Source of the DNA: Paragordius varius
Taxonomy: Eukaryota > Animalia > Nematomorpha
DNA: 64,000 bases
Reading direction: 5' to 3'
NCBI GenBank assembly: GCA_964247055.1
Contig: OZ176060.1
Coordinates: forward strand, 992,001 to 1,056,000
This document shows positions 29,847 to 45,155 of the stretch, piece by piece. Made by a program: the position numbers and the translations under genes. The stretch's first letter is position 1. Every line of letters starts with the position of its first letter. The notes under the pieces were generated by a model that had not been told where the DNA came from, made no database searches, and saw only the letters and a list, made by a program, of their open reading frames with translations.

Positions 29847-31200
29847 CAGTAAAAATTTAAATTTACGGAAAAAATTTATAAAAATATAAAAACAAATATT
29901 TTATGTAAAAGACAACCATAATTTTAAAATTTTTATATTTTTATATATATATATATATATTTAGAGTTCAAATTCACCCTTGAACAATTCAAATTCACCC
30001 TTGAACAATTAAAATTTACCCTAAAAAGAAATTATTTGTTTTAGAAACATATATAACTTATTAATTTTATATAAAATATATCTTTATGGCATAGTTTATT
30101 ATTTTTATTTAAAACAAAATTTTTATATTTTCTAAATATATTAAAATATAGGTATTTTTTATCTTAAAAAACATATTTGAGGGTGAATTTGAATTGTAAT
30201 GGTATATAAAAATTTTTCAGTTAAATTTTTATTAATATAAAAATATATAAAAATATAGTAATTTTTTATTTTTAAAAAACATATATTTTATTTAAGGATG
30301 AATTTGAATTGTTCAAGGGTGAATTTGAATTGTAATGGTATATAAATCAAGTATATAGAAATTTTTATTTATAAATAATATATTAAAATATGATTTTTAC
30401 ATTGTAATCAAATATTTTTTATTTGAGGATGAATTTGAATTGTTTAAGGGTGAATTTGAATTGTAATGGTATATAAATTATGTATATAGAAATTTTTATT
30501 TATAAAAATTTATTAAAATATAGGTAATTTTTTATCTTTTGAAAAAACATTTATTTTTTATATTTGAGGGTGAATTTGAATTGTAATGGTATATAAATCA
30601 AGTATATAAAATTTTTTATTTTTTAAAAATATATTAAAATATAGGTAATTTTTTAATCTTAAAAAACATAAATTTTATTTGAGGGTGAATTTGAATTGTT
30701 CAAGGGTGAATTTAAATTGTAATGGTATATAAATCAAGTATATAGAAATTTTTATTTTCTAAAATATATTAAAATATAGGTAATTTTTTATCTTAAAAAA
30801 CATATATTTTATTTGAGGATGAATTTGAATTGTTCAAGGGTGAAATTTGAATTGTAATGGTATATAAAAATTTTTTCAGTTACATTTTTATTTTCTAAAA
30901 TATATTAAAATATAGGTAATTTTTTATCTTTTGAAAAAACATATATTTTATTTGAGGGTGAATTTGAATTGTTTAAGGGTGAATTTGAATTGTTCAAGGG
31001 TGAATTTTTATTTTCATATATATAACTCATTTTTTAAACTCTAAAGTATTATATAGAAATTTTTATTGGTAAATCAATCAAGTATGTATTTTTACATTGT
31101 AATTAAATGTTTTTTATAAAAGAAATTAAAAAAGTATGGTTGTCTTTTGAAAAAAAATATAATTTTACATTTTGTCCGTATAAATTCACAGTTTTCACTG
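29847..31200 (+). mobile_element. Element C copy 5
   Basis: TA|CAGTAAAAA ... TTTTCACTG|TA; expanded right-arm subunits. Confidence 0.82.
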
Positions 31201-33930
31201 TATTTGTTTTCTAAAACAAAACACTTTTTTTTTCTTAATAAATCTCTATAAATAGAAATTTCAAATTATAAAACTCAAAAATAAAAAAAAAGTAAAAGGA
31301 AACAATCTAAAAAATTGAAATTGATAATATTAATATTATTCTCTAAAATAAAACACTTTTTTTCTTGATAAATCTCTATAAATAGAAATATCAAGTAAAA
31401 ACTCGAAAAAAATAAGTAAAAGAAAATAATCTAGAAATTGAAATTGTCAATTATAATAATAATAATATTATTATTCTCTAAAACTAAACACTTTTTTTCT
31501 TGATAAATCTTTTTTTGCCTCTAAAAGCTTATTAATATTACAGCGAGTATAAACTTAATTACTTAAGAATTTTAGAGAGAAACTCGAAAATGTTTTTTAA
31601 TCTAAAATATTCCTGAGGCTTTTCAAATCAAAAACATAAAAAATTAAGTAATAAAAAGAAATAATCTAATTAAAATCTTTAATTATAATATTATTCTTTA
31701 AAATAAAAACTCTTTCTTAATAAATCTCTTTAGATAGAAATCAAAAACTCGAAAATAAAAAAAGTAAAAGGAAATAATCTAGAAATTGAAATTATTAATA
31801 AAAATAATTTTATTCTCTAAAACAAAACACTTTTTTTCTTGATAAATCTCTTTACTTAAAAGCTTAACAATATTAAAGCGAGTATATACTACATTACTCA
31901 AGTATTTCAAAAAAAACTCGAAAAAAATAAGTAAAAGGAATGATAGAAATTGAAATTTATAATAAATATAATATAATTCTCTGAAACAAACACTTTTTTC
32001 TTAATAAATCTCTTTTACTTAAAAGCTTCTTAAAATTAAAGCGAGTTTATACTTAATTACTTAAGAATTTTAAGAATAAAGATGGGTTTTTTAATCTAAT
32101 ATATTACTGTGGATATCTTTCGAAATGCCAAATGTAAAACATAGTAAAAAAATAAAAGGAAATAATCTAAGAATTTAATATGTAAATTTTAATAATAATA
32201 ATTTATTCTCTAAAACAAAACACTTTTTTTCTGGATAAATCTCTTTTACTTAAAAGCTTCTTAATATTAAAGCGAGTATATACTACATTACTCAAGTATT
32301 TTAAAAGCAAAGACTTTTATTCTAATAGAAATTAAAAAAAAAAATCGAAAAAAATAAGTTAAAGGAAACAATCTAATTAAAATTGATAATAAATATAATA
32401 TTATTTTTTTAAATAAAGACTTTTTTTAAAAATCCCTTTTACTTAAAAGCTTAACAATATTAAAGCGAGTATATACTTAATTAATCAAGTATTTAAAAAA
32501 CAAAGAATTTTTTTAATCCAAAATATTACTGTGGATTTCCTTTAAAATGCCAAATAGAAAACATAGTTAAAAAATAAGTAAAAGGAAATCTAGAAATTGA
32601 AATTGTTATTTATAATAATATTATTATTCATAATAAACACTTTTTTATAATAATCTCTTTTACTTAAAAGCTTCTTAGTATTACAGCGAGTATATACTAC
32701 AAATCAAGTATTTTAAAAAACTTTTATTCTAATAATTCAAATTAAAAAACTCGAAAAAAATAGTAAAAGGAAATAATCTAGAAATTGAAATTGTTGATAA
32801 TATTATTATTCTTAAAATAAAGTTTTTTTTATAAATTTTCTTTTATTTAAAAGCTTCTTAATATTAAAGCGAGTATATACTACAAATTAAGTATTTTAAG
32901 ACAAAAGATCGAAAAAATAAAAATGAAACATTTTAATTAAAATATTCCTTTAAATTCTTTTGAAAATTTTTAATGAAAAACTCGAAAAAAATAAGTAAAA
33001 GGAAATAATCTTAAAATTGAAATTGTTAATAAATATAATATTATTCTCTAAAACAAAACACTTTTTTTCTTGATAAATCTCTTTTACTTAAAAGCTTCTT
33101 AATATTACAGCGAGTATATACTACATTACTCAAGTATTTTAAAAGAAAGGGTTTTTTAATCTAAAATATTCCTGTGGCTTCCTTGTTCGAGTGAAAACGA
33201 GAAATAAAAATTTCAAGTAAAAACTTGAAAAAAATAAGTAAAAGTAAATACAAATTAATAAAATTGATAATAAATATAATATTATTCTCTAAAATAAAGA
33301 CAATTTTATTAATAAATATCTTTTACTTAAAAGGTTCTTAATATTACGAGTAAAAACTTAATTACTTAAGTATTATAAGATAAAGAAAGAAATAAAGAGG
33401 TATTTAATCTAAAATATTCCTGTGGCTTTCAAATATAAATTTCAAATAGAAATTTCAAAATAAAAACTCGAAAAAAATAAGTTAAAGGAAACAATCTAAT
33501 TAAAATTGTTAATAAAAATAATATAATTCTCTATAATATAAATACTTTTTTCTTGATAATTCTGTCTAGATAGAAATATCAAATTATAAACTCGAAAAAA
33601 TTGAGTAAAAGGAAACATCTAATTAAAATTTATAATAATATTATTTGTTCTCTGAAACAAAACACTTTTTTTCTTAATAAATCTCTTTTACTTAAATGCT
33701 TAACAATATTAAAGCGAGTATATACTACATTACTCAAGTATTTTAAACGAAAAACTCGAAAAAATAAGTAAAAGGAAACAAAATAGAAATTAATTGAAAT
33801 AATAAAATTATTGTTTAATATAAACACTTTTTTCTTGATAAATCTCTTTTACTTAAAAGCTTAACAATATTAAAGCGAGTATATACTACATTACTCAAGT
33901 ATTTTAAGAGAAAAGGAAAAGGTTTTTAAT

Positions 33931-34208
33931 AAACAATTTAATTCACCCTAGAACAATTCACATTCACCTGAGAACAATTCTTCACCCTCGAACAATACAA
34001 AAATACCCTAAAAGAAATTGTTTTTTTAGATTAAAAAAATACTTATATTTTTTTATATTTTAAAAAACAAAAATACCTGTAAAATATATATAATACTGAA
34101 AAAATAATAAACTATGCCATAAGAATATATATTTTATTAATGATGAGTTATATTAACCCCAAAACACATAATTTATTTTTAGGGTGAATTTGAATTGTAA
34201 ATGGTATA
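33931..34208 (-). mobile_element. Element C, inverted core-only derivative
   Basis: The central segment AATAATAAACTATGCCATAA is the reverse complement of the usual TTATGGCATAGTTTATTATT. It is flanked by 21-bp repeats and lacks the CAGT/ACTG outer ends. Confidence 0.7.
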
Positions 34209-35161
34209 TTTTAAGAGAAAGAGGTTTTTAAATCTAAAATATTCCTGTGGATTTCCTCTGAAATTTTAAAAACTTAAAAAAAGTAAAAGAAAATAATCTA
34301 GAAATTTAATATATAAATTTATTAATAATAATATTATTTGTTCTCTGAAACAACTTTTTTTAATAAATCTCTTTTACTTTCAAATGAAAACTCGAAAAAA
34401 ATAAGTAAAAGGAAATAATCTATAAATTGAAATTGATAATAAAAATAATATTATTCTCTAAATCAAAACACTTTTTTTGTTTATAAATCTCTTTATATAG
34501 AATTAAATTATAAAACTCGAAAAATAGTACAAGGAAATAATCTAATTAAAATTATAATAATCTCATTGAAATTGTTAATAAACACTTTTTTCTTAATAAA
34601 TTTCTTTTACTTAAAAACTAAACAATTTTAAAGCGAGTATTTATTACATTAATCAAGTATTTTAAAAAAAAACTTTTATTCTAAAAAAATTCAAATTGAA
34701 AAACTCGAAAAAAATAAGTAAAAGAAAACAATCTTAAAATTAAAATTCATAATAAAAATAATATTATTCTTTAAATAAAGTTTTTTTTTATAAATCTCTT
34801 TTACTTAAAAGCTTCTTAATATTACAGCGAGTATATACTACATTACTCAAGTATTTTAAAAGCAAGGTTTTTTATTCTAATACATTACTGTGGTTTTTTT
34901 ACTTGAGTTAAAGCGATATAAAAATTTCAAATTATAAAACTCGAAAAAAATAAGTAAAAGGAAATAATCTAATTGAAAACGTTAATTATAATATTATTAT
35001 TCTATAAAATTAGACATTTTCTTGATAAATTGCTTTTTCTTAAAAGCTTCTTAATATTACAGCGAGTATATATTACATTATTCAAATATTTTAATACAAA
35101 AACTCGAAAAAATAAGTAAAAGGAAACAATCTAGAAATTAAAATTGTTAATTAATACTATA

Positions 35162-35731
35162 CAGTAAAAATTTAAATTTTACGGAAAAAACATAAAAATA
35201 CAAAAACAAATATTTTAATATAAAAGACAACCATACTTTTAAAATTTATATTTTCATATATATATACCATTTACAGTTCAAATTCACCCTTGAACAATTC
35301 AAATTCACCCTCAAACAATTAAAATTTAGCCTAAAAAAAAATTATGTGTTTTAGAAACAAATATAAATTATTAATTTTATATGAAATATATCTTTATGGC
35401 GCATAGTTTATTATTTTTATTTAAAACAAAATTTTTATTTTTTATAAAAATATATATTAAAATATAGGTAATTTTTTATCTTAAAAAACATATATTTTAT
35501 TTGAGGGTAAATTTGAATTGTTCAAGGGTGATTTTGAATTGTAATGGTATATAACTAATTGTTTTAAACTCTAAAGTATTATATAGAAATTTTTAAATAT
35601 AAATCAATCAAATATGATTTTTACCTTTGTAATCAAATGTTTTTTATAAAAGAAATAAAAAAAGTATGGTTGTTTTTTGAAATAAAAATATATTTTTACA
35701 TTTTGTCCGTATAAATTCACAGTTTTCACTG
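35162..35731 (+). mobile_element. Element C copy 6
   Basis: TA|CAGTAAAAA ... TTTTCACTG|TA. Confidence 0.82.
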
Positions 35732-36296
35732 TATATGTTTTCTAAAACTAAAGACTTATTTTCTTGATAAATCTCTTTAGATAGAAATTTCAAATTATAA
35801 AAGTTCGAAAAAATTAAGTAAAAGGAAATAATCTAATTAAAATTTATAATAATCTATTTGAAATTGTTAATATTTTTCTTGATAATTGTGTTTAACTGTA
35901 AAAGCTTCTTAATATTAAAGCGAGTATATACTTAATTACTCAAGTATTTTAAAACAAAGACTTTTATTCTAATAGAATTTTAAATTATAATTCTTTTAAA
36001 AATTAAGTAAAAAAAAATAATTTAGAAAATAAAATTGATATAAATATAATATTATTCTTTAAAACAAAACACTTTTTTTCTTGATAAATCTCTTTTACTT
36101 AAAAGCTTCTTAATATTACAGCGAGTATATACTTAATTACTCGAGATTTTAAAAGAAAAAGGTTTTTTAATCTAAAATATTGCGGTGGCTTCCTTGCTCG
36201 AGTTAGAACAAGAAATAGAAATTTCGAGTAAAAACTTGAAAAAAATAAGTAAAAGGTAACAATCTAGAAATTGAAACTGTTATTAATAATAATATA

Positions 36297-37538
36297 CAGT
36301 AAAAATTTAAAATTCTACGGAAAAAAACATAAAAATATAAAAACAAATATTTTTGTTCAAAAGACAACCATACTTTTAAAGTTTTTATATTTTTATATAT
36401 ATATACCATTTACAGTTCAAATTCACCCTTGAACAATTCAAATTCACCCTAAAAGAAATTAAAATTTACCCTAAAAAGAAATTATGTGTTTTAGAAAACA
36501 AATATAACTGATAAATTTTATATGAAATATATCTGTATGGCATAGTTTTTAATTTTTATTTAATACAAAATTTTTATTTTTCAAAAATATATTAAAATAG
36601 AGGTAATTTTTTATCTTAAAAAACATTTATTTTATTTGAGGGTGAATTTGAATTGTTTAAGGGTGAATTTGAATTGTATATAAAATTTTATTTAAAACAA
36701 AATTTTTATTTTTTAAAAATATATTAAAATATAGGTAATTTTTTATCTTTTGAAAAACATATATTTTATTTTAGGGTGAATTTGAATTGTTCAAGGGTGA
36801 ATTTGAATTGCAATGGTATATATAAATCAAGTATATAGAAATTTTTATTTATAAAAATATATTAAAATATAGGTAATTTTTTATATTTGGAAAAAACATA
36901 TATTTTATTTTAGGATGAATTTGAATTGTTTAAGGGTGAATTTGAATTGTAATGGTATATAAATCAAGTATTATATAAAAATTTTTATTTAAAAAATTTA
37001 TTATAGGTAATTTTTTATCTTAAAAAACATATATTTTATTAAAGGGTGAATTTGAATTGTTTAAGAAATTTTAATTGTTTAAGAATGAATTTGAATTGTA
37101 ATGGTATATAAAAAATTTTCAGTTAGATTTATATTTATAAAAATATATTAAAATATAGGTATTTTTTTATCTTTTGAAAAAACATATATTTTATTTGAGG
37201 GTGAATTTGAATTGTAATGGTATATAAATCAAGTAATATATAGAAATTTTTATTTATAAAAATATATTTAAATATAGGTAATTTTTTATCTTAAAAAACA
37301 TATATTTTATTTGAGGGTGAATTTGAATTGTTTAAGGGTGAATTTGAATAGTTCAAGGGTGAATTTGAATTGTGGTATATAAATTAAGTATATAGAAATT
37401 TTTATTGGTAAATCAATCAAATAAGTATTACATTGTAATCAAATATTTTTTATAAAAGAAATAAAAAAAGTATGGTTGTTTTTTGAAAAAAAAATAAATT
37501 TTTTACATTTTGTCCGTATAAATTCACAGTTTATACTG
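36297..37538 (+). mobile_element. Element C copy 7
   Basis: TA|CAGTAAAAA ... TTTATACTG|TA. Confidence 0.82.
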
Positions 37539-38657
37539 TATTGGTTTTAAAACAAAACACTTTTTTTCTTGTTAAATCTCTATAGATAGAAATTTCAAAT
37601 TATAAAACTCGAAAAAATATGTAAAAAACAATCTAACTGAAATTGATAATAAAAATAATATTATTCTCTAACACAACACCCTTTTTATTATAAATTTTTT
37701 TACTTAAAAGCTTTTTAATATTACAGCGAGTATTTACTACATTACACAAGTTATTTTTTAAAAAAAGACTTTTATTTTAAAAGAATTTCAAAAAAATAAA
37801 AAAATAAGTAAAAGGAAATAATCTAGAAATTGAAATTGTTTATTATAATAATAATAATATTATTATTCTTTAAAATAAACACTTTTTTCTTTATAAAATT
37901 CTCTTTTTAAGGTTTTCTTATTTGCAGCGAGTATATACTTAATTACTCAAGTATTTAAAAAGCAAGGTTTTTTTCAATTCTAAAATATTCATCTGGCTAC
38001 CTTGCTCGAGTGAGAACAAGAAATAAAAATTTCAAGTAAAAACTCGAAAAAAATAAGTAAAAGGAAACAATCTAATTAAAATTGATATGGAAATTTTAAT
38101 AAAAATATTATTCTTTAAAACAAAACACTTTTTTTCTTAATAAATCTCTTTTACTTAAAAGCTTCTAAATATTACAGCGAGTATATACTACATTACTCAA
38201 GTTTTTTAAGACAGAAATTCGAAAAAAATAAGTAAAAGGAAATAATATAGAAATTGAAATTGTTAATAATAATAATAATAATAAAATCTATGTTTCAGCG
38301 AGTATATTACATAAGTATTTTAAAAAAGACTTTTATTCTAAAATATTCATCTGGCTGCCTTCTTTTAGTGAGAACAGAAATAAAAATTTCAAGTAAAAAC
38401 TCAAAAAAATAAGGAAAAGGAAACAATTTAGAAATTGAAATGATAATATAAATAATATTATAAAGACTTTATTCTTAATAAATCTCTTTTACTTAAAAGC
38501 TTCTTAATATTACAGCGAGTATATACTACATTACTCAAGTATTTTTTAAAAACAAAGACTTTTATTCTAATAACAATTTCAAATTATAAAACTCGAATAA
38601 AAAAAATAAGTAAAAGGAAAGAATTTAATTAAAACTAAAATTGAATTTGATAATATA

Positions 38658-40059
38658 CAGTAAAAATTTAAATTCTACGGAAAAAACATAAAAATATAAA
38701 AACAAATATTTTATCTAAAAGACAACCATACTTTTAAAATTTATATTTTTATACATATATACCATTTACAGTTATTCACCCTTGAACAATTTAAATTCAC
38801 CCTTAAACAATTAAAATTTACTCTAAAAAAGAAATTATGTGTTTTAGAAACAAATATAACTTATTAATTTTATATGAAATATATCTGTATGGCATAGTTT
38901 ATTATTTTTATTTAAAACAAAATTTTTATTTATAAAAATATATTAAAATATAGGTAATTTTTAATATTTTGAAAAAACATATATTTTATTTGAAGGTGAT
39001 TTTGAATTGTTCAAGGGTGAATTTGAATTGTAATGGTATATAAATCAAGTATATAGAAATTTTTATTTTTATAAAAATATATTAAAATATAGGTAATTTT
39101 TATTTTTCTAAAAATATATTTTAAAATATAGGATCTTAAAAAAATATATTTTATTTAAAGGTAAATTTGAATTGTTTAAGTGTGAATTTGAATTGTTTAA
39201 TGGTAAATTTAAATTCTAATGGTATATAAAATTTTTATTTAAAACAAAATTTTTTTTTTTAAAAATATATTAAAATATAGGTAATTTTTTATCTTTTGAA
39301 AAAACATATATTTTATTTGAGGGTGAATTTGAATTGTTTAAGGGTGAATAAAAAATTTTCAGTTACATATTTATTTTTATAAAAATATATTAAAATATAG
39401 GTAATTTTTTATAAAAAACATATATTTTATTCAAAGGTGAATTTGAATTGTTTAAGGGTGAATTTGAATTGTAATGGTATATAAAACAAGTATTATATAG
39501 AAATTTTTATTTTATTTTTTAAAAATATATTAAAATATAGGTAATTTTTTATCTTTTGAAAAAACATATATTTTATATTTGAGGGTGAATTTGAATTGTT
39601 CAAGGGTGAATTTGAATTGTAATGATATAAATTAAGTATATAGAAATTTTTATTTATAAAAATATATTAAAATATAGGTAATTTTTTTATTTTAAAAAAC
39701 ATATTTTTTATATTTGAGGGTGAATTTGAATTGTTCAAGGGTGAATTTGAATTGTAATGGTATATAAAAAATTTTTCAGTTACATTTTTATTTTCTAAAA
39801 TATATTAAAATGTAATTTTTTATTAAAAACATATATTTTATATTTGAGGGTAAATTTTAATTGTTTAAGGGGGTGAATTTGAATTCTAATGGTATATAAA
39901 TTAAGTATTATATAAAAATTTTTATTGTTAACTCAATCATATATGTATTTTACATTGTAATCAAATGTTTTTTATAGGAAAAATTAAAAAAGTATGGTTG
40001 TCTTTTGTAAAAAAAATATATTTTTACATTTTGTCCGTATAAATTTACAGTTTTCACTA
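38658..40059 (+). mobile_element. Element C copy 8
   Basis: TA|CAGTAAAAA ... TTTTCACTA|TA (terminal G mutated). Confidence 0.8.
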
Positions 40060-43000
40060 TATTGGTTCTAAAACAAAACACTTTTTTTCTTGATAAATCT
40101 CTATAGGATAGAAATTTCAAATTATAAAACTCGAAAATTAAATAAGTAAAAGGAAATAATCTAATTGAAATTGTTAATAAAAATTATATTACTATTTTCT
40201 AAAACAAAACACTTTTTTTATTTATAAATTTTTTTTTACTTAAAAGCTTCTTAATATTACAGCGAGTATATACTACATTACTCAAGTATTTTAAAAACAA
40301 AGACTTTTTTTCTAATAGAATTTCAAATAAAAAACTCGAAAAATATAAGTTAAAGGAAACAATCTATAATTGAAATTGATATAATTCTCTAAAACAAGAT
40401 ACTTTTTTTCTTGATAAATCTCTTTTACTTAAAAGCTTCATAATATTAAAGCGAGTATATACTACATTACTCAAGTATTTTAAAAGCAAGGTTTTATAAA
40501 TTTAAAATATTACTGTGGATTTCCTTTGAAATTCCAAAAGAAATCTTTTTAAATCAAAATGTAAAGAAATTTAGAAATTTAATATGTAAATTTTAATAAT
40601 AATCTAATTGAAATGGTTAATAACACTTTTTTCTTGATAATTCTCTTTTACTTAAAAGCTTCTTAATATTACAGCGAGTATATACTACATTACTCAAGTA
40701 TTTTAGACAAAATTCGAAAAAAATATGTAAAAGGAAATAATCTAATTGAAATTGATAATAATAATAATAAAATCAATATTAAAGCGAGTATAAACTACAT
40801 TAATCAAGTTTTTTAAGCAAGAAAGAAAAATATTTTTTAATCTAAATATTCCTGTGGCTTACTTGTTCGAGTGAGAACGAGAAATAAAAATTTCAAGTAA
40901 AACTCGAAAAAAAATAAAAGGATATAATCTAGAAATTGAAATTGTTGATAAAAAAATATAATTCTCTATAATAAAAAATTTTTTTTTTGATAAATCTCTT
41001 TAAATAGAAATATCAAGTATAAAAACTCGAAAAAATTGAGTAAAAGGAAACATCTAATTAAAATTTATAATAAAAATAATATTATTATTCTTTAAATAAC
41101 TACATACTTTTTTGATAAATCTCTATATTTCAAATTCCAAATGGAAAACTCGAAAAAAATAAGTAAAAGGAAATAATCTAGAAATTGAAATGATAATATA
41201 AATAATATTATTATTCTCTAAAACAAAACACATTTTTTCTTAATAAATCCCTTTTACAAAAGCTTCTTAATATTACAGCGAGTATATACTACATTACTCA
41301 AGTATTTTAAGTAAAAACTCGCAAAAATTAAGTAAAAGGAAATAATCTAGAAATTTAATTTAATTATAAATATAATATTATTCTCTAAAATAAACACTTT
41401 TTTTTGATAAATCTTTGTAAATAGAAATTTCAAATTAAAAAGTCGATAATAAAAAAATAAGTAAAAGGAAATAATCTAGAAATTAAAATTGATAATAAAA
41501 ATAATATTCTCTAAAATAAAACTTTTTTTTTATAAATTTCTTTTTTAAAAGCTTCTTAATTTCGAGTATATACTTCATTACTCAAGTATTTTAAAAACAA
41601 ACTTTTATTCTAATAGAAATTCATATTAAAAACTCGAAAAAAATAAGTAAAAGGAAATAATCTAGAAATTGAAATTGTTAATTATAAAAATAATATTATT
41701 CTCTAAAACAAAACACTTTTTTTCTTGATAAATTATCTTTACTTAAAAGCTTAACAATATTACAGCGAGTATATACTACATTACTCAAGTATTTTAGACA
41801 AAAACTCGAAAATAAAAAAAGTAAAAGGAAACAATCTAGAAATTGAAATTGATAATAAATATAATATTATTCTTTAAAATAAAGACTTTTTTCTTGATAA
41901 ATCTCTATAGATAGATAGTTCAAATAAAAACTCGAAAATAAACAAAGAAGTTAAAGGAAACATCTAATTAAAATTTTAAATAATCTAATTGAAATTGTTA
42001 ATAAAAACTTTTTTCTTAATAAATCTCTTTTAGTAAAAGCTTATTTATATTACAACGAGTATATACTTAATTACTCAAGTATTTTAAGAAAAAGAAAGAA
42101 ACAAAAGTATTAAAAGGAATAATCTAATTAAAATTGATAATAATTATAATAAAATCTATATTACAGCGAGTATTTACTCAAGTATTTTAAGGGAGAAAAA
42201 ACATATTTATTCTAAAATATTCCTGTGGATTTCCTTTAAATTTTAAATGAAAAACTCGAAAAAAATAAGTAAAAGGAAACAATATAGAAATTAAAATTGT
42301 TAATTATAATAATAATATTATTATCTCTGAAACAAGATACTTTTTTTCTGGATAAATCTCTGTAGATAGAAATTTCAAATTTTATAATTCTTGAAAAAAT
42401 TGAGTAAAAGGAAACAATCTAATTGAAAAATCTAATTGAAATTGTTAATAAACACTTTTTTTCTTGATAAATTTTTTTTGCCTCTAAAAGCTTATTAATA
42501 TTACAGCGAGTATATACTACATTACTCAAGTTTTTTAAGAGAAATAATGAATAAGGTTTTTTAATTTAAAATATTATTGTGGATTCCCTTTGAAATAGTA
42601 ATTTCAAGTAAAAACTTGTAAAAAATAAGTAAAAGGAAATAATCTAGAAATTAAAATTGATAATAAATATAATATTAATCTCTAAAACAAACACTTCTTT
42701 TCTTAATAAATCTCTTTTACTTAAAAGCTTCTTAATATTACAGCGAGTATTTACTACATTACTCAAGTATTTTAAAAGCAAAAACTTTTATTCCAAAATA
42801 TTCCTGTGAATTCTTTTTAAATTTCAAAAATTATAAAACTCGAAAAAATTGAGTAAAAGGAAACAATCTAGAAATTGAAATATTTAATAATAAAAATAAT
42901 ATTATTTTTTAAAACAACAGACTTTTTTGTTGATAAATCTGTCTAGAGCGAATATAATAAAATTATAAAACTCGAAATTAAAAAATTAAATGAAACAATC

Positions 43001-44037
43001 TAAAAATTGAAATTGATAATAATAAAAATAATATTATTATTCTCTAAAATAAATACTTTTTTGTTGATAAATTTCTTTTACTTAAAAGCTTTTATATATT
43101 ACAGCGAGAATTTACTACATTACTCAAGTATTTTAAGAACAAAGACTTTTATTCTAATAAAAATTTCAAATAAAAACTCGAAAAAAATAAGTAAAAGAAA
43201 ATAATCTAGAAATTGAAATTGATAATAATAATATAATATTATTCTCTAAATCAAAACACTTTTTTTGTTTATAAATCTTTTTTTACTTAAAAGCTTCTTA
43301 ATATTACAGCGAGTATATACTTAATTACTCAAGTATTTTAATACAGAAACTCGAAAAAAATTGAGTAAAAGGAAACAATCTAATTAAAATTAATAATAAT
43401 AATATAATATTATTCTCTAAAACAAAACACTTTTTTCTTGATATATCTCTTTTAGTTAAAAGCTTAATATTACAGCGAGTATATACTTAATTACTCAAGT
43501 ATTTTAAAAGCAAGGTTGTTTGAATCTAAAATATCCTGTGGCTTCTTTGCTTAAGTAAATTGAAAAATGAAAATTTTAATTAAAAACTCGAAAATAAGTA
43601 AAAGGCATAATCTAATCAAATTTAATTAAAATTGATAATAATAATATTATTCTTTAAAATAAACACTTTTTTCTTAATAAATATCTTTTACTTAAAAGCT
43701 TAACAATATTAAAGCGAGTATCTACTACATTACTCAAGATTTTAAAAGCATGGTTTTTTGAATATTAATTATTCCTGTGGCAACCTTGCTCGAGTTAAAG
43801 CGAGAAATAAAAATTTCAAGTAAAAACTCGAAAATAATAAGTAAAAGGAAACAATATTAAAATTGATAATAAAATAATATAATTCTCTAAAACAAAACGC
43901 TTTTTTTGGATAAATCTCTTTTAGTAAAAGCTTGTTAATATTACAGCGAGTATATACTTAATTACTTAAGATTTTAAAACAAAAAAAAGAAGTTAAAGGA
44001 AAAATCTAGAAATTGAAATTGATAATTATAATAATAT

Positions 44038-44038
44038 A

Positions 44039-44074
<36 letters not shown>

Positions 44075-44115
44075 TAAAAATAATAATAATAATAATGATA
44101 ATAATAATAATAATA
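44038..44115. repeat. (AAT)n microsatellite expanded inside a B monomer
   Basis: ATAATAATAATAAT... run of ~75 bp. Shorter runs occur at the same monomer position at ~6995-7020 and ~48708-48733. Confidence 0.9.
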
Positions 44116-45155
44116 AAATCTATGTTTCAGTGAGTATATACTACATTACTCTAGTATTTTAAAAGCAAGGTTTTTTTATCCTAAATATTCACTAAAATAA
44201 AGATTTTTTTAAATAAATCTTTTTTGATAGAAATTTCAAATGAAAAACTCGAAAAAATTGAAAAGGAACCTAGAAATAAAAATTGAAATTCATAAAAATA
44301 ATAATATAAATGTTTGAAATAAACACTTTTTTGTTATTAAATATCTTTAACTTAAAAGCTTTACAATATTACAGCGAGTATATATTATATTACTCAAGTA
44401 TTTTAGAACAAAAACTTTTATTCTAATAGAAATTTCAAAAAAACTCGAAAAAAATAAGTAAATATAATAGAAATTAAAATTGATAATAAAAATAATATTA
44501 TTCTCTGAAACAAAATACTTTTTTCTTAATAAATCTCTTTTAGTAAAAGCTTCTTAATATTACAGCGAGTATTTACTTAATTACGCAAGTATTTTAAGAC
44601 AAAAACTCGAAAAAATTGAGTAAAAGGAAACAATCTTAGAAATTGAAATTCATAATAAATATAATATTATTATTTAAATAAAGACTTTTTTTCTTTATAA
44701 ATCTCTTTTAGTTAAAAGCTTAACAATATTAAAGCGAGTATATACTACATTACTCAAGTATTTTAAGACAAAGATTCGAAATAAAGTAATAAAAGGAAGG
44801 AATCTAATTAAAATTGATAATAATAATAATTATAAAATCAATGTTTTAGTCAGTATATTAATTAAAATATTTTAAAAACAAAGACTTTTATTCTAATAGA
44901 AATTTCAAATTATAATTCTTGAAAAAATTTAGTAAAAGGAAACTATTTAATTTAAATTGCTAATAATATTATTATTCTCTAAATAAATTTTTTTTAATAA
45001 ATTTTCTATTAAAAGCTTCTTAATATTACAGCGATTATATACTTAATTACTCAAGTATTTTAAGAAAAAAAACTTTTAAATAGAAATTCAAATAAAAAAC
45101 TCGAAAAAAATAAGTAAAAGGAAATAATCTAGAAATTGAAATTGTTGATAATATA